This document shows positions 19,079 to 28,849 of a stretch of DNA of 64,000 bases, piece after piece. The position numbers and the translations under genes are program-made. Origin of the DNA: Bacteroidales bacterium (GTDB taxonomy: Bacteria; Bacteroidota; Bacteroidia; Bacteroidales; M50B96); the NCBI GenBank assembly GCA_021740905.1, contig JAIOYV010000003.1, positions 1,737 to 65,736 of the forward strand. Direction: 5' to 3'. Position 1 is the first letter of the stretch, and each line of letters begins with the position of its first letter. The notes under the pieces were generated by a model. It was not told the origin of the DNA. It saw nothing but the letters and a program-made list of their open reading frames with translations, and searched no databases.

Positions 19079-20683
19079 TCATACATCCAATGACTCTTGC
19101 ATTGGGTAGCTGAAAGGAAAATACATCTTGAACGTAGTCCCTCCTCCCATTTCGCTATCCACCGAAATAGTGCCACCGTGCTCTTCGACCACTTTTTTCA
19201 CATAGCTTAATCCAAGTCCAAAGCCTTTCACATTATGGATGTTCCCGGTAGGTACACGGAAAAAGTTTTCGAATATTTTTTGCTGATTTTCTTTTGCTAT
19301 TCCAATCCCATTGTCGATCACCTCTACATGGACACCTTGTTTTGTCGTCTTGGTCGCTATTTTAATGTGAGGGATATCGGTACAATATTTTATAGCATTG
19401 TCCAGCAGGTTAAAAAACACATTGGTCAAATGGATTTCATCGGCGTTTATCAGAGTGCTTCCCTCGTCCAGATCGAGGTAAATCGAACCACTTTTTTTCT
19501 GGACATGCAAATCGAAGCTATTCTTCACTTTCAGTAAAACACCATTCACTTCAAGTGGAACGAAATTGAATTTTAATTTGCCTTTTTCGAATAGGGCCAC
19601 TTGCAATGCTTTTTCAACTTGGTAGCCAAGTCTTTTGGTTTCATCCTCGATAATGTTTGAAATATGCGATACCATTTGTTCGTTATTGGCCATGCTATTG
19701 TCTTTCAGCATTTGGCCGGCAAGCGATAGGGTTGAAATCGGAGTTTTTAGCTCATGTGTCATGTTGTTGATGAAATCGTTTTTAATCTCCGACAATTTCT
19801 TTTGGCGAATGATGATAATCAAAGAAATGGCAAACAAACCAATAATGGCAAGTATCAGGATAAGCGACGAAATGCCCATCACTCCAATAGAATTAAGAAT
19901 AAATTTATCCTTTCTCGGGAAGTATAATTCCAAATAACTGGGTTGGGCAAAAAAGTCTCCAGGGGAGAGCTGGACACGGTAAATATCATTCTCGTTTTGC
20001 GGGTGATAATCGGCAGACGCCATTATGTATCCGGTTCGGGGTTTTAGTACAGCATATTCATATTCGAGCGAAATCCCGTTGTTGTCGAGGCTTTTGTGAA
20101 TAGTTTTTTCGAGATCTGCTTTGTCTATTTTATATTCAGCTTCCCGGTCGATCGAAAGTATCTGGCCCACCATATTCTCAAAATAATCGAATTGTTGCGA
20201 CAAAATATTACTATGAGGATTATTCATGGTGGGATATTTCTTATTGTCGCCAAAATGGTATGTTCGGGTTTGGGTTTCACCCAGCTCGTTTTCTACGGTA
20301 AAAACCATCGAATCATTAGAGAATACTGAGATCTTGGCATTTGAAGTGCAGAAAAAAGTGTCTTCGAGATACGTAACTCCTTCGTCGATCAGAAACTCAA
20401 AACCAAGAGTGTCTTCTTCCTGACTTTCACTTTCAATACCCGGTTGTTGATTAAACCCTTTTTGGTTGCCAGGCAGTTGCGAGTTGTAGTTCAGCATGGC
20501 TTTGGTTGCTTGGAGTTGCTGCACCGTTTCCGAAAGCGACTGGTTCACCAATTGGCTGAAATGATTCTCTTTCACTTCAACGGCATCGCGCAGATAAATG
20601 CTTTGCAGGAAAATTAAACCGACCAGGGCGGCCAGCATAACAAAAATCAATATGCGGATCAATGCTGTATTCATACCAAGCAA
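19079..20683 (-). CDS. Sensor histidine kinase (two TM segments, HisKA + HATPase_c)
   Basis: 534 aa. H-box FINNMTHELKTP, N-box LLDNAIKY, and G-boxes DNGIGI / GFGLGLS. It lies upstream of the response regulator. Confidence 0.85.
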   Translation of the reverse strand: MLGMNTALIRILIFVMLAALVGLIFLQSIYLRDAVEVKENHFSQLVNQSLSETVQQLQATKAMLNYNSQLPGNQKGFNQQPGIESESQEEDTLGFEFLIDEGVTYLEDTFFCTSNAKISVFSNDSMVFTVENELGETQTRTYHFGDNKKYPTMNNPHSNILSQQFDYFENMVGQILSIDREAEYKIDKADLEKTIHKSLDNNGISLEYEYAVLKPRTGYIMASADYHPQNENDIYRVQLSPGDFFAQPSYLELYFPRKDKFILNSIGVMGISSLILILAIIGLFAISLIIIIRQKKLSEIKNDFINNMTHELKTPISTLSLAGQMLKDNSMANNEQMVSHISNIIEDETKRLGYQVEKALQVALFEKGKLKFNFVPLEVNGVLLKVKNSFDLHVQKKSGSIYLDLDEGSTLINADEIHLTNVFFNLLDNAIKYCTDIPHIKIATKTTKQGVHVEVIDNGIGIAKENQQKIFENFFRVPTGNIHNVKGFGLGLSYVKKVVEEHGGTISVDSEMGGGTTFKMYFPFSYPMQESLDV

Positions 20684-20823
20684 AGATAATAGCTATTAGT
20701 TGGTTGCAGCGATTTATTTAACATACTTTAACCTAACTTAAGCCGACTTAACCTGCTTGAGCCATAGATTTGTTGGCAGAAAGAATTTTACAATATGAAC
20801 TAAAAAAAAAGGAGAACCTTATC

Positions 20824-21939
20824 ATGAGAAAAATTTTGATCTTAATCGGCTTGTTTTTGTTTTTCTATGCCCATACTCCCGGACTGGGCCAAACTGTCGA
20901 TACTTGTATGGTAAAAGTAAAACTGGAAGTGGGCGATGGCCATTGGGTTGCATTCGACACGAGTATCATTAACCATGATTGTGACTGGAATGAAGTTGAC
21001 AGGATATTGAAAAGCCTGGACCTTGATTCGATCATTAAAACAGCCGAAATCGATTTTGACAAACACGCTAATTCCCCCATCAGTTTTCTAAAAAACGTAT
21101 ATATGGTAAAATGCGATTCTACCTTGCCTGATGGTGAGCAATTGCGCACCGTAATCAAAGTTTTTGCTGATAGTACCGATGAAGTGATCCAATTTGAAAG
21201 CATGGACGATATGTTTGAGAAGATTGATCTCGACATGGATGTAATCAGGGAAAAACTTGGCGATAATGATTTTCAAATGTTTATGGATAAAGATATCGAC
21301 ATTGATTCGCTATTAAAAACAAAAGATGGTGAGCCTATTTTCTTATCCAAAGATGGAAATGTCCACGTAATTTGTGGTGATACGGATGGCGAAAAGAAAA
21401 TAATGGTGAAAACCATTGTGGAAGATAAGGATGGCGAAATGATTACCAAAGTAATTACAACCGATAAAAATGGCAATGAGATTATGATTGAAGATGATGA
21501 TATGGAAGTAATCACAGATGGTGATGAAAAAATCATCAAGCACAAAATCAATGTAAAAGAGGGAAAATGCGCCGAGGTCATTATTTTGAAGATGGGGGCA
21601 TGCAAAATTAAAATTGAAGACTTTAGCCGAAAAGAAAAAGCCAATATGCCCGATGTGCTAAACCTAAAATCGAAAGATAAGCTCAAACCCGATAATCTGA
21701 AATACTTCCCAAATCCCAACGAGGGAAGGTTTACCCTAAGTTTCGATTTGCCCGAGAACGGGGAAGCAAGCATAACCATTTTTGATATGGCAGGCAAGGA
21801 ACTCTTCCGTGATAGCACCACGGCCCAAAGTAAATCGTACGAAAGCCAGATCGACATTAGCGAGTATGGCAAAGGGACCTATATCCTGAAAATAGAAACT
21901 GGGGATAAAGCCTGTTCAAAGAAAATAATTGTTGAGTAA
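20824..21939 (+). CDS. Acidic (D/E-rich) secreted protein with T9SS C-terminal sorting domain; function unknown
   Basis: The track ORF begins at a TTG (20770). ATG at 20824 gives MRKILILIGLFLFF… as a signal peptide. The C-terminus LKYFPNPNEGRFTLSF…GTYILKI…KKIIVE is a T9SS CTD. Confidence 0.7.
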   Translation: MRKILILIGLFLFFYAHTPGLGQTVDTCMVKVKLEVGDGHWVAFDTSIINHDCDWNEVDRILKSLDLDSIIKTAEIDFDKHANSPISFLKNVYMVKCDSTLPDGEQLRTVIKVFADSTDEVIQFESMDDMFEKIDLDMDVIREKLGDNDFQMFMDKDIDIDSLLKTKDGEPIFLSKDGNVHVICGDTDGEKKIMVKTIVEDKDGEMITKVITTDKNGNEIMIEDDDMEVITDGDEKIIKHKINVKEGKCAEVIILKMGACKIKIEDFSRKEKANMPDVLNLKSKDKLKPDNLKYFPNPNEGRFTLSFDLPENGEASITIFDMAGKELFRDSTTAQSKSYESQIDISEYGKGTYILKIETGDKACSKKIIVE

Positions 21940-21961
21940 TATTTCGCTTGTAATCATGAAG

Positions 21962-21996
21962 AAGGAGGCACTTGACCCAGGCCTCCTTTTTTATTT
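21962..21996 (+). terminator. Rho-independent terminator
   Basis: 8-bp stem aaggaggc/gcctcctt with an 11-nt loop, followed by tttttatttt. Confidence 0.55.
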
Positions 21997-22212
21997 TAGA
22001 TTTTCAGCATCCCTAAAGTGGGCGAAATTATCAGCTCAGCCTATAAGGGCTGGGTAGAAATGATGTGCTAGGTTCGCCGGTGGAGTTAGTAAATATAAAT
22101 CTGCCCGTATGTTCCCGGCTAAACGTGGAAGGATTTGCATTGAATGTGATTGTCAACCAACTTATCGACCACCTATTAACCAACTCCCCCACTTACCTTC
22201 TCACCCTAACCA

Positions 22213-23049
22213 TCAATTCATTGAAAACGGATAACTCACCCCATTCATGGTTGCAACAGCCTGGGCATCGCATGTGCCATTGCCATAATCCACTGTAATG
22301 TCAGAATAGTTTTGACGCTCAATAGTAAGTTCTCCGGACATTATCCAGGGACAACCAACCTTTGCGTGCAAGGGTGTATTGATATTCACCGCAAAAGTAT
22401 CCCCCACCGAATTGATCCCATCGGTCGTGCCCGATATCAGGTATTCATCGTCGAGCAATATCCAAGTAGGTTCGCCTACCACCCATTCGCGGGTACGCGA
22501 TGCACTCCAGTGAACCTGGCTATTGTCAGGTTTGGTAATCACACCGTTTGTCACGGTGATAGTAAAGCTCAGGTTCGAGTTTGTGTTGAGGCCGTTGTTT
22601 TCAACTGTCTTTGTGCCTTCAATCTTGTTGTCGTTCACATAGTAATCGTCGAAAGTAACTGTGTAAACCGAACCCGACTGGCGGTACCAATTGGTTAGGT
22701 TGACTAATATTATTCCACGGCGTTCTTTTCCATCTGTGCCCAGGCAGTTGGTTGGGCCAAAGTCGATGGTGAGTGTTTTGGGCCAGGTAACCAAATCGAA
22801 AGGAGTTAAAGTGACCGTAGCACAACCTCCGGCAAGTGTCGATTTTGATCCTGCATTCAGGTCATCCTCGCTGGTTTTTGAAGCATCGGTCACTTGCTGG
22901 AACACATCGTCGAACAGGTTTTCCGACAAAGCATTTTCTTTTACCGATAATAGATCATCGTTGTTGGTAGTGGTTTTGTCTTTACCGCAGGCAGTGAAAA
23001 TCAGCAAGACAAAACAGATCAAGGCAATTCGTTTCATTTGTATTTTCAT
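22213..23049 (-). CDS. Hypothetical lipoprotein
   Basis: 278 aa. Lipobox LLIFTAC-GKDK. It is the distal gene of a pair, 4 nt downstream of the LamG/T9SS gene. Confidence 0.6.
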   Translation of the reverse strand: MKIQMKRIALICFVLLIFTACGKDKTTTNNDDLLSVKENALSENLFDDVFQQVTDASKTSEDDLNAGSKSTLAGGCATVTLTPFDLVTWPKTLTIDFGPTNCLGTDGKERRGIILVNLTNWYRQSGSVYTVTFDDYYVNDNKIEGTKTVENNGLNTNSNLSFTITVTNGVITKPDNSQVHWSASRTREWVVGEPTWILLDDEYLISGTTDGINSVGDTFAVNINTPLHAKVGCPWIMSGELTIERQNYSDITVDYGNGTCDAQAVATMNGVSYPFSMN

Positions 23050-23053
23050 TTTC

Positions 23054-24094
23054 TTATTCGATTTTATTTAATTTGAAAGTTTGCATTCCGCTATTGTCAG
23101 CCACCTGTAGGAAATAAACACCCTTTTTAATTCCCGAAAGGTCAAGTTTTCCATAGGGTTCAATGTCTATTTCTTCGATTATTAAATTTCCTAATACATC
23201 GTACAAGCTAATTTTTGCTGCAATTTTATTATTTACATTTAACTCATTCACAAACGGGTTTGGATATATGTGTGGTATATTATTTCCCATTTCGGCAATG
23301 CCTAACATAGGTAAAATTGGGTCAGGTTCATTAAACAGGCTGTCGATCTCGGCCTGGGTAAGTACCTTGTCGAACAACTTTACGTCATCAATTTTTCCAT
23401 CGAAAGCAAAATCGCCGCAAGCCTGTCCAAGCGAATCGAGAGGAATACCAATCCCCAAATGAGAAGGGCCGTCTTCCATCGTCTCAATAGTACCATCCAG
23501 CCAATTTATGCTTGTGCTTTCCTGTACGCCGTTCAAATAAATCTTAATCCTTTCCAAAAGATTTGAAGTTGGGATACTCGCATCGTAGGTAAAAACTACA
23601 TGGTACCACCCGGTATTCTGATAAATCACCGTGTTTCCAAGTACACTATGTTTTGTGGTAGTGGTGTTAAGATAGGCAAAATTGGCAAATTCAAGTTTTT
23701 GATCCGGGCTCATGCGGATAAAAAACTCCCGTCCGTTTTCGTTGCAATTCGAATTCCCATATTTTCCGAAGATGACTTTATTTGCCATATTCTCGTAAGG
23801 TTCAATCCAGAAGGAGAAACTGAATTTGGCCACTGGTTCTGTAAAAATCTCATCGAAACTATCGCCAAGATCGATAAAAGAAGGATAATCGGAAATAAAA
23901 TAGTAGGCCGAATCGTGATGACCAAACCGATCGGTGGTAAGGAATGCACCATTCACTAAGCCATCAATCCCGCTTCCCAATTCCTCAATGGCATTTCCGT
24001 TGAATGGATAAAAAGCCACAAGGCTATCGGCAGTTTGGGAGAAAGCAAGGTTGCTGGTAAAAAGAAAGAGAAAAGTAAATTGTATAAGTTTCAT
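23054..24094 (-). CDS. LamG/concanavalin-A-like lectin-fold protein with T9SS C-terminal sorting domain
   Basis: 346 aa with a signal peptide. LVAFYPFNGNA…DGLVNGA…TDRFG…SAYYF and …IDDVKLFDKVLTQAEI are LamG_3-like hallmarks. The C-terminus is IYPNPFVNEL…GVYFLQV…KLNKIE. Confidence 0.75.
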   Translation of the reverse strand: MKLIQFTFLFLFTSNLAFSQTADSLVAFYPFNGNAIEELGSGIDGLVNGAFLTTDRFGHHDSAYYFISDYPSFIDLGDSFDEIFTEPVAKFSFSFWIEPYENMANKVIFGKYGNSNCNENGREFFIRMSPDQKLEFANFAYLNTTTTKHSVLGNTVIYQNTGWYHVVFTYDASIPTSNLLERIKIYLNGVQESTSINWLDGTIETMEDGPSHLGIGIPLDSLGQACGDFAFDGKIDDVKLFDKVLTQAEIDSLFNEPDPILPMLGIAEMGNNIPHIYPNPFVNELNVNNKIAAKISLYDVLGNLIIEEIDIEPYGKLDLSGIKKGVYFLQVADNSGMQTFKLNKIE

Positions 24095-24388
24095 ATTGAT
24101 CGGGTTTAAAATTCAAATCAAAGGTACTAAAAACAAACGATTTTGATTGTGTCAAACTTCTAAGATTTTGATAGGAAAAAACCTCAAAATGCAAAGTGCA
24201 ACTTTGAACGAATACCAAAAAAGTTCATATTGGGGCAAATTACGTAACTGAACTTTTCACTGCTTCAGAAATTTTTCTCTTTTGGTACAACCAAAATTAT
24301 TGCTTAGTTTCGATGAGGATAAACTTCTCGTTTTGCAACGCAAAATGATTGGTATCCAGAAGAAAGGTACATCGTTCTTTTTAAAATT

Positions 24389-26248
24389 ATGTTTATGAAA
24401 AAGATTTTCTATGCTCTCCTGATTGCCGGTGTTTTCTTATTAAGTGGGTCTTCAAAAGCACAAACCCAGGATTATGTGGTTCTTACAACCATTATGGACA
24501 CCACAGATGCCTATTATGAAGTGGTCCATGCCGTTGAGTATTACCGCAATGCCCCGGTCATTCAGTTTAGTGCCAGCAACATTAACGGATTGCTGCCTGT
24601 CCTTAGCATCCTGCAGCCACGATATGCGGCTATTGTGGTGAAGCCTCTTGAACTGGACATAAATTTTGTACGAAAGTTCCTGATGATGAGTACCCAGTTG
24701 GACAGCGACCCCTTCAGTGATTTTTCGTATGGTTTTATAACGGGTGCTACCGGTCAGGATGCCCTTGATTTCTGCGACCAGATCATTTATGCCGAAACGC
24801 ATGGTATCCAAAACTTTCCGTTGAATGTAGGGGGATATGCCGCTTCATCTCTCAACCTTGTATACCACAGTCCGGGTGACTATTTGCAATATTTGAATTG
24901 CCCCAACTATTCATGTATTTATATGGAGACCAGCGACCTGGGTACAGGACTGGATTATTTTCTGGCCAATTCGGGAAATATGCTCAATAACAAAGTCCTG
25001 GACATTGGCCATAATGGCGACCCTCACATGTTGTGGCTTTTCGAGGGAGGAAATATGAGTCCCAATCCTCCAGTCTGGAATTATGACCCGGCCAAAATTG
25101 AAGACACGGCTTATGCCCGCGTTGGCTTGTCGAGTTACGAAATTGCTGAACTTAACCTGTATCCTGCCGTGGTATTCAACGGAGCCTGTCATTCGGGTGA
25201 ACCCAAGCGGGTGATGGTGGAAGGCGATATTGCCGCTACTTTTGGTGATACCCAGGGGCAGGTGGAATTTTATGAAATGTCGGACACTTTTAGTTTTGCA
25301 CTTTCTATATTGAAAACGGGGATTACCGGCTACTTTGCGCCCTGCGGTGCCAACAATGCCAACGACCAGAGTGAGGATATGTACAATGCCTTTCTTTACA
25401 ACGAACCCCTCGGCGACATTCACAAACGCAGCAACGATGGTGTGGTGATGGGGTTTTTGGGCAACCCGCCCAACCTGAAGATATTTACCCAGGGAGCATC
25501 CGCTTATGGCTGTGATGTGCTGGCCTCGGGCACTTTCGACCCGTCCGATTGGTCGGGGGCTTGCTACATGCTTGGCGGAAAAGCCAACCGTATCTATTTC
25601 GGCGACCCTCTGTTTAATCCACTTGCAAACCATCACAGCCCCCAACTCAATATTGTTACGGCCAGCCAGGATTCCATCAATGCCACAACGCTCGACATAA
25701 ACCTTCAAATGAATAAGCCTTCATCGCCTTATTTCCCGGTTTGGGAAAAATTCCATTTCAGCGATACACGTGTTTACCTGCCCATTGAACTTCCAGATTA
25801 TTGCGGTGAGATTACGGGCTTTACCGTTTTGTCTGCATCAGGATCCTATCATCAGGCTTTTTATGCACAGGAAGATTTCGACGGTAAGAATATCCTGCAT
25901 ATCGAAGCTGATATTCCGGATGATATGTATTCGGCCATTACTTTTTCCATGCTTATTAGGATAAACTTTGTGAACGTTTTAGATATTCCCCAAGTGAAGG
26001 AGGACCTATCACTTGAGCTATATCCCAACCCGGCCTCTGAGGAAGTTCTCGTGGCCCTTTCAAACCAATTTATTCCCGCACAGCAACTTGCAGTGTATGA
26101 TGCTTCAGGAAAGGAAATGGTCGCATATCAAAACCTTACATCGAACTTGCTTAAAATCAAATGTAAAGACTATGCGAAAGGGATGTATTTTGTTCGGGTT
26201 GTTGGAAAAAACGGAAGGCAGGTAAATAAAAAGTTTTTGGTTGAGTGA
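24389..26248 (+). CDS. Secreted T9SS cargo protein, possible clan-CD (gingipain/C25-like) cysteine peptidase
   Basis: 619 aa with a signal peptide (…SSKAQ). It has a candidate His/Cys dyad (see findings). The C-terminus LELYPNPASEEVLV…GMYFVRV…KKFLVE is a T9SS CTD. Confidence 0.65.
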   Translation: MFMKKIFYALLIAGVFLLSGSSKAQTQDYVVLTTIMDTTDAYYEVVHAVEYYRNAPVIQFSASNINGLLPVLSILQPRYAAIVVKPLELDINFVRKFLMMSTQLDSDPFSDFSYGFITGATGQDALDFCDQIIYAETHGIQNFPLNVGGYAASSLNLVYHSPGDYLQYLNCPNYSCIYMETSDLGTGLDYFLANSGNMLNNKVLDIGHNGDPHMLWLFEGGNMSPNPPVWNYDPAKIEDTAYARVGLSSYEIAELNLYPAVVFNGACHSGEPKRVMVEGDIAATFGDTQGQVEFYEMSDTFSFALSILKTGITGYFAPCGANNANDQSEDMYNAFLYNEPLGDIHKRSNDGVVMGFLGNPPNLKIFTQGASAYGCDVLASGTFDPSDWSGACYMLGGKANRIYFGDPLFNPLANHHSPQLNIVTASQDSINATTLDINLQMNKPSSPYFPVWEKFHFSDTRVYLPIELPDYCGEITGFTVLSASGSYHQAFYAQEDFDGKNILHIEADIPDDMYSAITFSMLIRINFVNVLDIPQVKEDLSLELYPNPASEEVLVALSNQFIPAQQLAVYDASGKEMVAYQNLTSNLLKIKCKDYAKGMYFVRVVGKNGRQVNKKFLVE

Positions 26249-26310
26249 TTTAGGATTATACCATATTATTCAATATCGAAAAAAACGGTATAGAAAGTGT
26301 TGTAAAAACC

Positions 26311-28785
26311 CTACAACGCAATATACAACATGGCCCGAACCCCAAAGGTTTCAATATTGGGATGGTCCAAATAACTAAAGCGCCACATAGCATCGATACG
26401 GAGGATCTTAAAAATATTCTCGATGCCAATGCCTGCCTCTACATAAGGTTTGCTGAGTTCGGTAAGGCCGAATGGAAATTTTACATCATATTCCATGTTG
26501 TCATCACGAAGCGAACCGACCAGTATTTTTGTGTTCACCACTTCGCGCCATTCGAGCTTTCGCAACAATGGGAGCCGGTTCAGGAACAAGCCCATAAAAT
26601 GATGTTCGGCGTACAAACTCATGTATTGGTCGCTGGCAAACTCATAGTAATTCATCATGTTGAAAGCCCATTCATCGAAGGCATACGTCTCGTTTCCTTC
26701 GTGCAGGCGAAGTAATGGATAAGGTAATTTTCCAAATATTTTACCGGCATCGAGGGTGTATTTAAACCAACCATAAGCCCCAATGTTAAAGAGATGCTGC
26801 ACGTTCACTCCCAATTTCAGGTAGTTGTAATCGGAGTACAAAAAATTCTTCACACCCAGGGTTGCATCCAAATTGATGATCGGGTAATCCGACCCTAAAC
26901 TTACCCGTTCAAATGAACCAAATACATATACCTCGTCCCAAGAAAGCCGGGTGTTCAGGCTAAATTCGGATGTTGTAATGCTGGAATATTCGGCTTTTGG
27001 AAACACATCGCTACTTAGGAAAAGGGGGATGCTATCGGTAGGGAACATGGTGGAATGCTTAAACCCCACTTTGTTTGAAAATCCCTGGAACCATTCTTTT
27101 TCATAAAAACTTTGAAACGTTTTGATCCGGGTAATTTTGGTGATAGGGTTACGCTGAAGCAGCGAAGAAAGAATATTGTCTTCGAGAAAAGCATTTTGAC
27201 TTTTGCCCAGTTGTTCCACATCGTCTTTATAGTACACCCTTAAAGACTCACGTGGGTTTACGTCAAACATATACGTAAGGCCAAGCCCGTATTTCAACCG
27301 TGTGTCTTTAGTGCCATAAGCAATGTGCCCATCGTACATAATTTTCTCGCTGAATTTATTGCTGGTGCGACCTCCCAACCGGAACCTGTTTCCTTCAATT
27401 TCGTTGAAACTAAAAAAAGTATAGTAGGGACCAAATTCAAATAAGCCCTTTACATAATACCCCGACACAAAAGTGGTAAGGATATCGACAAAGGTGCGGA
27501 AAACAGGGACATTCTTTATTGAATCGACCATCTCGTATATGCTTTCCTCTTTTGCCGTAAGGCTGTCGTGTCGTGCAGTACGCCAAAATTCCTTGTCTTT
27601 TTTAAAGGCATCCTCGGTAAAGCTGAGGTTCATTTTGGTATCGAAAATATTCGGGTTTGTAAGGCTGTCGATTAGTACATTACGATAGCTCGATGTTTTT
27701 CTGCCAAAAAAACCGGTACTGCGGTCGGTGAGATTAAAGTCGACCATAAGTTTAGTTTGTGAGCGAAACCAAAAAGTGTCAATTTTCTCAAAGTTGTTTT
27801 CAATCACAAAATCGTTCACAAAGTTGAAGTTGGCATCCTTGGCCATCCTTATTTTCGATCGCACCACAGCAAAGCTTGTATCGGCCACCCAAATATCGCC
27901 GGTAAAGGTAAATTCCTGTTTCCGTTTTGGTTGAAACGACATGTTGTAACACCAGTGATTATCGATCACCATGCTGTCGATGAGGTAATATTTGTAGTAC
28001 ATCCTACCGAAATTGGCAATTGGGCTAACAAAAGGCTGATCGAGGATTTCCAGATAGTTGTCGTACAAATTAACATCTAGATACATCTGTCCGGTAAACT
28101 GCGACACACTTTGGCTTTCGACACCAGACACTTTGCTGGCCTTTATGATTTCACGAGTACCCTTTGGTTTCTTCCGATAATAATAATCAGAGAGGGTTTC
28201 AGTGAAGAAAATGGGTAGGTAGGTTTTTCCACTTACCACTGAAGTATCGAGGTAGTCGAATATAAACTGGAATTGCTTTAAAGCCCTTTGTTGCTTAAAT
28301 TCCTCATCCACATTGTTCACATCAAACTCAATCTTGTTGTATACCTCGCATTGGTAGGTTTCAATCTTTTCTGGATTGTTTTTTTCTTTATTGGCAATTA
28401 TTTTCCGGAGCAAAATATGGGCAGGGTTTTCGCCTGGTAAAACAACTATCTCTGCTAATTCAACATTCGAAGGCTGCATTTCGATGTTGAAAGTCTGGAA
28501 TGCCTTTTTATTGACAGCATACTTTACGACCTTATAACCAACGCACGAAAAAGCCAAGGTGTCGCCCGGAGTTTTGGTTTCGAGAAAATAATCGCCGTTA
28601 AAATCGGTCACAGTTCCAATGCCGGTACCAATGTACGATACATTTACAAAAGGGATTGGCTCCAGGGTTTCGGCCTCGACTATCCGTCCACGTACCTTGG
28701 TGGCCTGTGCCATTACCCCGTTTATAATCAATAAAAAAACAATACTTAATAGTATCCTTTGGTATGGGAATTTTAATAAAACCAT
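26311..28785 (-). CDS. CarboxypepD_reg-like domain + DUF5686-like outer-membrane protein
   Basis: 824 aa. The N-terminal VRGRIVEAETLEPIPFVNVSYIGTGIGTVTDFNGDYFL is a carboxypeptidase-regulatory-like beta-sandwich. The long C-terminal region has a beta-barrel character. Confidence 0.7.
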   Translation of the reverse strand: MVLLKFPYQRILLSIVFLLIINGVMAQATKVRGRIVEAETLEPIPFVNVSYIGTGIGTVTDFNGDYFLETKTPGDTLAFSCVGYKVVKYAVNKKAFQTFNIEMQPSNVELAEIVVLPGENPAHILLRKIIANKEKNNPEKIETYQCEVYNKIEFDVNNVDEEFKQQRALKQFQFIFDYLDTSVVSGKTYLPIFFTETLSDYYYRKKPKGTREIIKASKVSGVESQSVSQFTGQMYLDVNLYDNYLEILDQPFVSPIANFGRMYYKYYLIDSMVIDNHWCYNMSFQPKRKQEFTFTGDIWVADTSFAVVRSKIRMAKDANFNFVNDFVIENNFEKIDTFWFRSQTKLMVDFNLTDRSTGFFGRKTSSYRNVLIDSLTNPNIFDTKMNLSFTEDAFKKDKEFWRTARHDSLTAKEESIYEMVDSIKNVPVFRTFVDILTTFVSGYYVKGLFEFGPYYTFFSFNEIEGNRFRLGGRTSNKFSEKIMYDGHIAYGTKDTRLKYGLGLTYMFDVNPRESLRVYYKDDVEQLGKSQNAFLEDNILSSLLQRNPITKITRIKTFQSFYEKEWFQGFSNKVGFKHSTMFPTDSIPLFLSSDVFPKAEYSSITTSEFSLNTRLSWDEVYVFGSFERVSLGSDYPIINLDATLGVKNFLYSDYNYLKLGVNVQHLFNIGAYGWFKYTLDAGKIFGKLPYPLLRLHEGNETYAFDEWAFNMMNYYEFASDQYMSLYAEHHFMGLFLNRLPLLRKLEWREVVNTKILVGSLRDDNMEYDVKFPFGLTELSKPYVEAGIGIENIFKILRIDAMWRFSYLDHPNIETFGVRAMLYIAL

Positions 28786-28849
28786 TTAATCAGTCATCCT
28801 TTTTATTCTAAACAATTGATAAACCTGATAAGTTGTAAAATATTTTAAG

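Noticed and set aside
21273-21872. 199-aa minus-strand ORF rich in S/I/F/L
   Set aside because: It is the antisense mirror of the D/E/K-rich gene at 20824..21939. Its low-complexity composition is the complement of GAT/GAA/AAA-rich coding sequence.
24911-25708. 265-aa minus-strand ORF
   Set aside because: It lies entirely antisense inside the 619-aa T9SS cargo gene (24389..26248). It has no signal, motif or start context. I treat it as a shadow ORF.
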